DNA of 64,000 bases, from assembly GCA_905478165.1 (NCBI GenBank), contig CAJQHK010000002.1, positions 3,840-67,839 on the forward strand. The letters run 5' to 3'. Below, in pieces: positions 40,117-48,333 of the stretch. The notes under the pieces are model-generated. The model was given only the letters and a program-made list of their open reading frames with translations. It had not been told where the DNA came from and did not search any database. The translations under genes and the position numbers were made by a program. Source of the stretch: an uncultured Rickettsiales bacterium (GTDB lineage Bacteria; Pseudomonadota; Alphaproteobacteria; Rickettsiales; UBA1997). Position 1 is the first letter of the stretch; each line of letters starts with the position of its first letter.

Positions 40117-40635
40117 ATGACAAAAAATATAGAATTTAAAGATTACGCCAAAGATATAAAATTAAATTTATCCAACATCCTAAAGATTGACCCAGAGTCA
40201 TCTTTAAAAGAAAATCAAATCTATGGAATAGCTCTCTCTTGTTCTTATACTACTAAAAATTCTGATTTAGTAGAATTTATTTTAGAAAAAGCAGAAGACA
40301 AAATTAGTGAAGAAGAAATAAATGCAGCAAAAGCAGCTTCTTCGATTATGGCCATGAATAATATTTATTATCGTTTTGCTCACTTGGTAAGCGATAAAGA
40401 ATATCTTAAGATGCCCGCAAAGCTTAGAATGAATATTATTGGAAATCCTGGAATTGATAAGGTTGATTTTGAATTATATTCTTTAGCTGTATCAGCTATT
40501 AATGGTTGCGGCCTATGTATCGATTCTCACGTGAAGCAACTAGTAAATTCTAAGGTTGATAGATCGACAATTGCCAACACAATTAGAATCTCAAGTGTAA
40601 TTAATGCTGTGGCGCAAACTTTGTTTATTAACTAA
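40117..40635 (+). CDS. ahpD: alkyl hydroperoxide reductase AhpD
   Basis: 172 aa. CxxC motif in INGCGLCIDSH (carboxymuconolactone decarboxylase fold). Confidence 0.9.
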   Translation: MTKNIEFKDYAKDIKLNLSNILKIDPESSLKENQIYGIALSCSYTTKNSDLVEFILEKAEDKISEEEINAAKAASSIMAMNNIYYRFAHLVSDKEYLKMPAKLRMNIIGNPGIDKVDFELYSLAVSAINGCGLCIDSHVKQLVNSKVDRSTIANTIRISSVINAVAQTLFIN

Positions 40636-40727
40636 GTTTAAAAGAAAAAATGACTCATAACAGGCGGAGTTTTAAACATCCAGCATTCGAAGATAGGCAA
40701 ATAATTTATGGCTATTTCTTAAAATGA

Positions 40728-41078
40728 GTGGGCAGCCCTGAAATTACTGCAAGCGATAATTATGAGCTTTACAATTTAAATGAGAAACTTCCGATCAATG
40801 ACCTAAACAGTCATTTTTTAGTTAAAGTTTATGGCTATTCCATGAAGGATGCAGGCATTTTACCCAACGACCTATTGTTAGTTAATAGAAAAAAAGAGGC
40901 TAGAGATGGTGATATTATTGTGGCGTCAATTAATGATGGTGCAGTAGTGAAGAGGTTGTCAGTTGAAAATGGAATTACTAAACTAATTTCTGATAATGAC
41001 GATTATGACAATATTGAAGATCAAACTTTGAATATTCATCCATGGGGCGTGGTTACTAAAGTTATTCGGGATTGTTAA
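40728..41078 (+). CDS. S24 peptidase, UmuD-like (open only from a GTG just upstream of the expected self-cleavage site)
   Basis: 116 aa with the Ser-Lys dyad (YGYSM ... VVKRL). The same frame upstream carries ATG at 40650, 25 codons, and then TGA at 40725-40727. See finding. Confidence 0.6.
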   Translation: MGSPEITASDNYELYNLNEKLPINDLNSHFLVKVYGYSMKDAGILPNDLLLVNRKKEARDGDIIVASINDGAVVKRLSVENGITKLISDNDDYDNIEDQTLNIHPWGVVTKVIRDC

Positions 41079-41087
41079 ATTTATAAA

Positions 41088-41504
41088 ATGACCGATTTAA
41101 TCCTTCTTTTTGCATCATCATTTATAGCTGCAACAATATTTCCTGCAGGCTCTGAGGTTGTTTTGGCAACTTTAAATATTACTGGTGATCATGACAAATT
41201 CTTACTGCTAACAATAGCAACAGCAGGGAATGTTCTAGGAGCTTTGGTAAATTGGTTTATTGGCTACTATCTGATCAAATTTAAAGATAAAAAATGGTTT
41301 CCGTTAAAAAAGAAACAGCTCAAGAAATATTCTGGCATTTATCAAAAATGGGGAGTTTGGTCATTATTGTTGGCGTGGCTGCCTTTTATTGGTGATCCAT
41401 TGACAGTGATGGCAGGAATATTTAAAGCTAATATTTGGCTGTTCTTATTATTGGTAACTATTGGCAAGGCCAGTAGGTATTTATTCATCATTTCAATCTT
41501 TTAG
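41088..41504 (+). CDS. yqaA: YqaA-family (DedA-related) inner-membrane protein
   Basis: 138 aa with 4 TM helices. The N-terminus FASSFIAATIFPAGSEVVLATL resembles E. coli YqaA. Confidence 0.75.
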   Translation: MTDLILLFASSFIAATIFPAGSEVVLATLNITGDHDKFLLLTIATAGNVLGALVNWFIGYYLIKFKDKKWFPLKKKQLKKYSGIYQKWGVWSLLLAWLPFIGDPLTVMAGIFKANIWLFLLLVTIGKASRYLFIISIF

Positions 41505-41556
41505 TAAAGAATGTAAAGCTATCAACTTCACATCAATTTCAGCGCTAACATAGAAA

Positions 41557-41577
41557 TTATAATCGGGAAATTAGGTA
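41557..41577 (+). repeat. Family-1 Box2-like module TTATAATCGGGAAATTAGGTA in a non-coding spacer
   Basis: Similar to TATAAGTGGGAATTGGTA. No ORF lies downstream on the plus strand. Confidence 0.35.
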
Positions 41578-41779
41578 AATCTTACCTTCCTAATAGGCAA
41601 TTATATCTGTACTGGCTCGGCTAAGAAGAATATTGATACCAGAATTGAGTGACGCCATTCAAACTCACTAAGGGCATGTCCCGAATCAAATATCAAAAGT
41701 AACCTTTAACTAGATTCTACGATGTTTTCTTGCTTAAAGAAGATGCGTTATGCCGTATATGAGAAGGTGGGTCTTGATA

Positions 41780-42529
41780 TTATTCTTCTTTATTTGAGTA
41801 TATCGACATTACAAAATTAACAAATAAACTGGCACTAACAGCAACAAGAACCGCCAAAACACCATATAAAAACTCCTTATTTAAAGCCATATTACTTACT
41901 TTGGCACTAAAGCCAACCTTATTAACATAAATTGGAATTAACTGAAAGGCGCCCAAATTCCCCTCTTCCATAAGATAAATTTCGACATTATATACGCCTT
42001 CAGAAATATTTTTTGGAAATTTTAACATTACTTTAAATAAATTTTCATCCAAAAAATCAATATTGTCGGAATTTACCATATAAAGATCTTGTTCGGTTAA
42101 ATTTTTAGTAAATTCTATTTTAAACTCCTCTTTTTGTGAGGCATTTTTGTGATCAGGAATATTAAAATCAATATTCTTCTTGGACATCTCTAAGGCTGAA
42201 AATAAACGAGAATCACGAAGAGCTCTATGGTCGCCAAAGGTTGTATAATAACTGTAGACATCCTTAAGTTTTAACCTGTCCTCGTTAACCCAGACACCTA
42301 AAATTTGTCCCTTCTTACTAACCATGTAGTCTTTTTTTGGCCCACGAACCACAATAAAAATATCTCCAAAAACATCCTTACTACCGAACAGAAGTATCTC
42401 CTGACCAATGAAGTTAGTGTCGATTTCAATTTTACTTGATGAAATGCCAGAGATAATTGATTTGGCCGAGATTTCAAGCGACAAGCATGTTAAAAATAAT
42501 AATATTAATGATCTGTGTAATGTTGTCAT
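41780..42529 (-). CDS. alphaproteobacterial conserved membrane protein (Alph_Pro_TM/TIGR02186-like)
   Basis: 249 aa. Signal peptide, a ~200-aa periplasmic part and a single C-terminal TM helix. This architecture and size match the family as I remember it. Confidence 0.4.
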   Translation of the reverse strand: MTTLHRSLILLFLTCLSLEISAKSIISGISSSKIEIDTNFIGQEILLFGSKDVFGDIFIVVRGPKKDYMVSKKGQILGVWVNEDRLKLKDVYSYYTTFGDHRALRDSRLFSALEMSKKNIDFNIPDHKNASQKEEFKIEFTKNLTEQDLYMVNSDNIDFLDENLFKVMLKFPKNISEGVYNVEIYLMEEGNLGAFQLIPIYVNKVGFSAKVSNMALNKEFLYGVLAVLVAVSASLFVNFVMSIYSNKEE

Positions 42530-42624
42530 AAAATTTGATTTTTATCTCAGAACAAAGCTGCTTCACAACCGCATTTTCAAGTAAGAAGTCTGAATTAGCT
42601 GGATTTTTATCTTACAAAGAAATT

Positions 42625-43521
42625 TTAAACTGAGTATAATAATTTAGTTTTTTTAATGTAGAATTCTGGAAAAATAGACTTTAGATTGTCAAAAGCCAAA
42701 TCTAAATCAGATTTTTTTACAAAAACACCAAAGCAAGTTGCTCCGCTACCGGATAATTTTGCACTAATAATATTTCTTTGCAATCTTAGATTTTCTAAAA
42801 TATCGACAATTTTAGGGCAAAATTTTATAGCAACCTGCTCAAGATGATTTTTCCGACATTTTATCATCGAGATCAGATCTAATTTTTGCTCTTTCTGAGT
42901 ATCTTCTTCTAAAAGTTGATAATTTTGAAAAATCTTACCAGTATCAATTGAAATTTTTGGATTGATAATTAATAAATAAAGATTTTTTTTATCAATGTTT
43001 ACGCTCCTAATTACTTCTCCGACTCCAGAAACTAAAGCTATCTTCTTGTGTAAGCAAAATGGCACATCAGACCCAATTTCAAGGGCAATTACCCTCAATT
43101 CTTCTCTGGAAATTTTTAAATCATACAATTTTATTAAAATTTCAATCAAAGTTGCGGCATTTGCTGATCCTCCACCCAAGCCAGCTGCTATTGGAATGTT
43201 TTTTTCTAATTTAATATTAATATTTGGAATAAAATTATATTTTTTGGCGAATAGATTTACTGTCTTAATTAGAATATTATCCTCCTTTTTACCTAAAAAT
43301 TTTAAATTTTGCTCTCCAATAATTTCTAATTCTAATTTATTAGATTTTTCTACTGAGATTATGTCAAAAATATCAACAAATGCCATCAAACTATCAATTA
43401 AATGATAATTTTTAGAATTTTTACCGGTAATTTCTAAAAAAAGATTTATTTTTGCAAATGACCTGGCAATGATAGCGCTCCGCCTTTTTAAGGAAGTTTT
43501 TTTCAAAATACTTTTATTCAT
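42625..43521 (-). CDS. ispE: 4-diphosphocytidyl-2-C-methyl-D-erythritol kinase
   Basis: 298 aa. GHMP kinase motif PIAAGLGGGSANAA. Confidence 0.9.
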   Translation of the reverse strand: MNKSILKKTSLKRRSAIIARSFAKINLFLEITGKNSKNYHLIDSLMAFVDIFDIISVEKSNKLELEIIGEQNLKFLGKKEDNILIKTVNLFAKKYNFIPNINIKLEKNIPIAAGLGGGSANAATLIEILIKLYDLKISREELRVIALEIGSDVPFCLHKKIALVSGVGEVIRSVNIDKKNLYLLIINPKISIDTGKIFQNYQLLEEDTQKEQKLDLISMIKCRKNHLEQVAIKFCPKIVDILENLRLQRNIISAKLSGSGATCFGVFVKKSDLDLAFDNLKSIFPEFYIKKTKLLYSV

Positions 43522-43563
43522 AAATTATTAAAAAATATCCGTCCTGTGTTAATGGGGTGTAGC

Positions 43564-43616
43564 AACAATTCCCAAACCTTAGCGACATCTTTGGTTTAAG
43601 GTGGACCTTGGTATTA
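43564..43616 (+). repeat. Intergenic repeat family 1, copy G (oriented toward typA; internal deletion)
   Basis: AACAATTCCCAAACCTTAGCGACATCTTTGGTTTAAGGTGGACCTTGGTATTA aligns with copy B at both ends. Confidence 0.5.
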
Positions 43617-43716
43617 TTATATTGCCAAATTTAAACAATCCAAGTAATAAAATCCTTTGAATTATTAAATATACTCCCCTATATTCTCTTATTCAATTTT
43701 AATTAATATTTTACTG

Positions 43717-45525
43717 ATGTTTAGAAATGTAGCGATTATTGCCCATGTAGATCATGGCAAAACCACTTTAATTGATGAAATGCTTGGTCAAAGCGGCACT
43801 TTCCATGAGAATAAAAAAGTGGAAGAAAGAGTGATGGACAGCAATGATTTAGAAAAAGAAAGGGGGATCACTATTTTAGCTAAATGCACAGCTATTAATT
43901 GGAAAAATGATAAAATTAACATCATTGACACCCCGGGTCATGCCGATTTTGGTGGTGAGGTAGAAAGAATCTTAAATATGGCTGACTCTGTAGTCCTATT
44001 GGTTGACGCCGCTGAAGGTCCTATGCCACAAACAAAATTTGTCTTATCAAAAGCTCTAAATCTTGGCCTCAAGCCAATGGTTATTATTAATAAAATTGAT
44101 AGAAGTGATTCCCGTCCAGATGAGGTTTTGGATGAAATTTTTGACCTATTTGTTTCGCTTGACGCTAATGAAGATCAGCTAGATTTTCCCGTCTTATATG
44201 CTGCATGTCGTGATGGTTGGTGCGTTAAAGATTTAGAAACCGATGAGAGAAAAGATCTTAATCCACTTTTTGATTTAATTTTAGAGCATGTCAAACCTCC
44301 AAAATTTGATGACAAAGCACCGTTTTCCATGCTCGCAACTCTGATTGAGTCAAATCCATTCTTTGGAAGAACTTTAACCGGTAGAATTTATAGTGGCGTC
44401 GCTAAAAATGGCATGAATTTCAAAGCTATAGATCTTGATGGAAAAGTGGTCGACCAAGGAAGGATTACTAAATTACAAATTTTTAGAGGTGTTGACCCTG
44501 TTGCTGTAGAAGAGGCGAAAGCAGGTGATATTGTAAAAATTTCTGGCCTAGAAAAGGCTTCGGTTTCCGACACTTTATGTGATGGAACTGTTAGTGAACC
44601 AATCAAATCAACAAAAATTGACCCACCAACAATGGCAATTTCGATCTTGGTTAATTCCTCACCTCTTGCTGGCATGGAGGGTGAAAAAGTAACGTCTCGA
44701 GCAATTCGCGATCGCTTATTCGCAGAAGCCGAGTCTAATGTGGCGGTTACCATCAAAGAAGGTTCTTCAAATGACGGTTTTGAGGTTGGTGGTAGAGGAG
44801 AGTTGCAATTGGGCGTCCTAATTGAAAATATGAGAAGAGAGGGTTTCGAATTATCTGTATCAAGACCGAGAGTTTTGTTTAGGGAGGATGAAAACGGCAA
44901 AAAACAAGAGCCGATTGAAGAATTGGTGGTTGATGTTGATGAGGAATTTAGTGGTTCAGTGGTTGAAAAAATTGCATCTAGAAAGGGTGAGATGACAGAT
45001 ATGAGGCCATCTGGAGGGGGTAAAACTAGAATCACCTTCAAAGTTCCCTCTCGTGGATTAATCGGTTATCAAGGAGAATTCTTAACTGATACCAGGGGAA
45101 CTGGAATCATGAATCGTATTTTTGATTCTTACCAGCCTTACAAGGGGCCTCTTTCCTTTAAAAGAAACGGTTCATTAATTTCTAATGATTCTGGCAATGC
45201 CACCGGTTATTCCATATTTAACTTACAAGATCGTGGCATAATGTTTATTGGCGCTGGAGACAAGGTTTATGCTGGCATGATAATTGGTCAAAATGCCAAA
45301 AGCAATGATTTAGAGGTAAATATTATTAAAGGTAAGCAATTAACCAATGTTAGAGCTAGTGGCACTGATGAGGCAATTAGGCTAACGCCACCTAAAAAAC
45401 TTACCTTAGAAGATATGATTACCTACATCAATGATGATGAGTTGGTTGAGGTAACTCCAAAATCTCTGAGACTTAGGAAGTTATATCTCACTACTAACGA
45501 AAGAAAAAGAATGGGCAAAAAATAG
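43717..45525 (+). CDS. typA: translational GTPase TypA/BipA
   Basis: 602 aa. G1 AHVDHGKTT and G3 DTPGHADF. Confidence 0.96.
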   Translation: MFRNVAIIAHVDHGKTTLIDEMLGQSGTFHENKKVEERVMDSNDLEKERGITILAKCTAINWKNDKINIIDTPGHADFGGEVERILNMADSVVLLVDAAEGPMPQTKFVLSKALNLGLKPMVIINKIDRSDSRPDEVLDEIFDLFVSLDANEDQLDFPVLYAACRDGWCVKDLETDERKDLNPLFDLILEHVKPPKFDDKAPFSMLATLIESNPFFGRTLTGRIYSGVAKNGMNFKAIDLDGKVVDQGRITKLQIFRGVDPVAVEEAKAGDIVKISGLEKASVSDTLCDGTVSEPIKSTKIDPPTMAISILVNSSPLAGMEGEKVTSRAIRDRLFAEAESNVAVTIKEGSSNDGFEVGGRGELQLGVLIENMRREGFELSVSRPRVLFREDENGKKQEPIEELVVDVDEEFSGSVVEKIASRKGEMTDMRPSGGGKTRITFKVPSRGLIGYQGEFLTDTRGTGIMNRIFDSYQPYKGPLSFKRNGSLISNDSGNATGYSIFNLQDRGIMFIGAGDKVYAGMIIGQNAKSNDLEVNIIKGKQLTNVRASGTDEAIRLTPPKKLTLEDMITYINDDELVEVTPKSLRLRKLYLTTNERKRMGKK

Positions 45526-45568
45526 AGTTTCAACTCTATTCCCATTTTTTACTCAAAACTATAAAATA

Positions 45569-46429
45569 TTAAGAATATTTCTTGATTATTGGTAATATGT
45601 TCTTTTTTAGTTCTGGATCTTTCATGGCAAAAGCAAGGTTTGCCTCAATATAACCCACAACATTCCCGCAATCAAACCTTTCTCCTTGATATTCCTTGTA
45701 ATAAAATGGCAATTCTTTAGAAACTTCCTTCATAGCGTCGGTTAGTTGAATTTCATTACCTGCGCCAATTTTCTTTTTTTCTAAGTAATTAAAAATTTCT
45801 GGCTGCAAAATATAACGACCGCTAATTGCAAGATTTGATGGTGCCTTATCGATCTCTGGCTTCTCAATCATATCAATAACTTTATCATCCTGATAAGAAA
45901 TAATGCCATATTTATCAGTGCTAGACTTTAAAACCTTAGCAACCGAAATAACATTACATCTCTCTTTCTTTTTTTGATATAAATCAATCATGTCTTTTAA
46001 AAAATTACCCGGACTTTTTTCATAAATCATTTCGTCAGCTAAAATTACTACGAAAGGCTCATTCTTAACAAAGTTTCTAGCACACCAAATAGAATGACCA
46101 AGTCCAAGAGGGCTACCTTGTCGAATAAAAGAAATTTTACCAGGCTCAGATGGTAGCCACCCAGATACAGACTCTAGTTCGTGACCCTTACTCTTTTGAT
46201 CAAGAGTATCTTCCAATTCATACGATTTATCAAAGTGATTATTAATAATATTTTTATTGCGACCAGTGATAAAAATAAACCTCTCAATTCCTGCCGCCTT
46301 CGCCTCCTCAAAAGCATATTGAATTATTGGCTTATTGGCAACGGGCATCATTTCTTTAGGCATAGATTTTGTTGCTGGCAAGAATCTGGTGCCAAAACCC
46401 CCTACTGGAAAAATTGCAGTTTTAATCAT
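45569..46429 (-). CDS. galU: UTP--glucose-1-phosphate uridylyltransferase
   Basis: 286 aa. N-terminus FPVGGFGTRFLPATKSMPKEMMPV. Confidence 0.93.
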   Translation of the reverse strand: MIKTAIFPVGGFGTRFLPATKSMPKEMMPVANKPIIQYAFEEAKAAGIERFIFITGRNKNIINNHFDKSYELEDTLDQKSKGHELESVSGWLPSEPGKISFIRQGSPLGLGHSIWCARNFVKNEPFVVILADEMIYEKSPGNFLKDMIDLYQKKKERCNVISVAKVLKSSTDKYGIISYQDDKVIDMIEKPEIDKAPSNLAISGRYILQPEIFNYLEKKKIGAGNEIQLTDAMKEVSKELPFYYKEYQGERFDCGNVVGYIEANLAFAMKDPELKKNILPIIKKYS

Positions 46430-46444
46430 AATTAATTTTATTTT

Positions 46445-46969
46445 TTATATAATATGATAACTCTTAGCGTTAAATAACTGATAATGCCACCATTCATTAC
46501 GATAAAAATCCCACCCAGAAGATAGCATAATAGACAGCAATATTGATCGATTCTTTTGCTCTAAAATCGAAACATCTCTTGATCCATGGTGGGCCTTGTT
46601 ACTAAAATCATCAAATTCAGTGCCCATACTTAGTTCATTACCATCACTATTAACTAAAGTTAAATCAACGGCAACTCCACGACAATGAGGAATGGATCCG
46701 GTTTTTGGGTTTGAAACATAGTCTCCAGGAAACTTATCATAAAGATATTGTTGGTATTTTATCGGTCTATAAGCATCAAAAATTTTTAATTTATAACCTT
46801 TTTCTTTCGCTAATTTTATCGATTCACGCAATTTGTTTGCAGCCTCTATGTGCAAAAAATTATAGCCCTTATCATAAATTAAATCATTCATGATATTATT
46901 TTGGGTAAAATATTTTAAATCCAATATTACACCAAACTCCTCCTCCGTAATTTTAATCAAATCTTTCAT
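46445..46969 (-). CDS. ddpX: D-alanyl-D-alanine dipeptidase (M15D, VanX/DdpX-like)
   Basis: 174 aa. Zinc ligands in SIPHCRGVAVDLT and EWWHY. Confidence 0.8.
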   Translation of the reverse strand: MKDLIKITEEEFGVILDLKYFTQNNIMNDLIYDKGYNFLHIEAANKLRESIKLAKEKGYKLKIFDAYRPIKYQQYLYDKFPGDYVSNPKTGSIPHCRGVAVDLTLVNSDGNELSMGTEFDDFSNKAHHGSRDVSILEQKNRSILLSIMLSSGWDFYRNEWWHYQLFNAKSYHII

Positions 46970-47469
46970 AAGAGATTTAGTTTATTAATTATGATATAAC
47001 CAACCTCTAGATTAACCTCTTTTACTATGTCATTATTAAATGGCAAAATGTTCAGTTGCTTGCTATAATTGTCATCAGTAAAATTAACTTCAAATAAATC
47101 TCCGGCACCAAAATTCATAACATTTGCAATGGCGCCTATTTCTTTGTCAGAAACGTCCCTAACTTTCAGACCAGTCAGGTCATGATAATAAAATTGATCA
47201 TCTGATAAGTTTTTTAACTCCTCTTTACTAATAAAAAGATCAAGATTTCTAATTTCTTCAGCCTGATTGCGAGTACTAATGTTATTAATTTTTGCTATAT
47301 AAATATTTTGTTTTATATTTCTAATTAATTTTAATTTATAATTCTTTCCAACTTTTGTAAAAATTGAGTTATATTTTTCCAAATCGTAAGAATCTTCCAA
47401 ATAACTAACTAACTTGACCTCGCCCCTTATGCCATGAGGAGATGTAATTTTGGCAACTAAAATATGCAT
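46966..47469 (-). CDS. rimM: ribosome maturation factor RimM
   Basis: 167 aa. N-terminal ITSPHGIRGEVKL and a PRC barrel. Confidence 0.9.
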   Translation of the reverse strand: MHILVAKITSPHGIRGEVKLVSYLEDSYDLEKYNSIFTKVGKNYKLKLIRNIKQNIYIAKINNISTRNQAEEIRNLDLFISKEELKNLSDDQFYYHDLTGLKVRDVSDKEIGAIANVMNFGAGDLFEVNFTDDNYSKQLNILPFNNDIVKEVNLEVGYIIINKLNLL

Positions 47470-47491
47470 AATTTATTAATATATCTAATTT

Positions 47492-48181
47492 ATGATGAAA
47501 AAAATATTTCTATTTACAATCATTATAGTCACCTTTTCTTGCAACTACTTTAATCCAAGCAACCAAAGTCAAACCTATATTAGAATCGTTGATTCTAATG
47601 GTAAACCAAAAAAAGTTAAAACCTTCCCCCCAGAGCTAAATATCGGATATTTAGCGGCACAAAAACAAGAAAAACTCTATCCACATCGGGACAGAATCGA
47701 ACAGCAAGTACAAAAAAAAGAATATCAAGATCCAGACCCAACAAACAACCTAATAAGTCAAAATCAAAATTACCAAAACACAATCCCGTCAAAGCAAAAT
47801 AGTAACTATAGCGCGATCCCTGAAAAACAACGTGACAATAAAACGCCAGCACCAATAACTTATAAGCTAAGTGGTCAGGGTCTGGAGCAAAAAAGCTTAA
47901 AAAACAACAACAAGCCAACAGTAAAAAAAACCTCTAAAACACGAGTTAGTAAAGGAGATTTGTTAATTCAAATAGCTTCATTTAGCAACAGAAGTAAAGC
48001 TCTGCTAGCGCAAAAAAAAGAAAATATTAAAAATAGTAAAATTATCTCTGTTAAGGTTGGTCAAAAAATTTATCATAAATTGGTAGTTGGACCTTTTAAA
48101 AATAAAAAAAATAGCAACATAACTCTTAATAAATTAAAAAGATTGGGTTATAAGGACGCATTTTATTATAAATTTAAATAG
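47492..48181 (+). CDS. SPOR-domain lipoprotein with Gln/Asn/Pro-rich linker
   Basis: 229 aa. Lipobox TFSC and a C-terminal SPOR domain (LIQIASFSNRSKA..YHKLVVGPFKNKKN..LKRLGYKDAF). Confidence 0.8.
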   Translation: MMKKIFLFTIIIVTFSCNYFNPSNQSQTYIRIVDSNGKPKKVKTFPPELNIGYLAAQKQEKLYPHRDRIEQQVQKKEYQDPDPTNNLISQNQNYQNTIPSKQNSNYSAIPEKQRDNKTPAPITYKLSGQGLEQKSLKNNNKPTVKKTSKTRVSKGDLLIQIASFSNRSKALLAQKKENIKNSKIISVKVGQKIYHKLVVGPFKNKKNSNITLNKLKRLGYKDAFYYKFK

Positions 48182-48252
48182 CAAAGCTTTTGTAATGCAA
48201 TGGCTATTCTAAGTTTTTTAGAAAAAATAAAAGGTCAATGTTGCAGTTAAAT

Positions 48253-48312
48253 TTAACAATTTTAACCTTAAAGTATTTTGATATATAATGCATTATAAGT
48301 GGGAATTGGTAT
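48253..48312 (+). repeat. Intergenic repeat family 1, copy B (most complete; oriented toward the 48334 gene)
   Basis: TTAACAATTTTAACCTTAAAGTATTTTGATATATAATGCATTATAAGTGGGAATTGGTAT contains the perfect palindrome TATAATGCATTATA. Confidence 0.65.
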
Positions 48313-48333
48313 TAGACCAAAACTAACCCTAAT

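Noticed and set aside
40725-40727. The in-frame TGA in the umuD-like gene, and the stops in other decayed genes, as evidence for an alternative genetic code (UGA = Trp, table 4).
   Set aside because: About 65 genes translate full-length with the standard code, and Trp is encoded by TGG throughout. TGA also works as a genuine stop in the coupled ATGGTGA junction at 49296-49302. The other lesions are TAA/TAG or frameshifts. Table 11 fits.
44388-45041. A 217-aa ORF antisense to typA, and other long shadow ORFs (30921-31385, 34540-34971, 42995-43405, 2124-2456, 33976-34278, 17272-17565, 63405-63698 and others).
   Set aside because: Each lies entirely within, and opposite to or out of frame with, a strongly conserved gene. 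The sequences are low-complexity Ser/Leu/Phe/Ile-rich with no recognisable motifs, typical of shadow ORFs.
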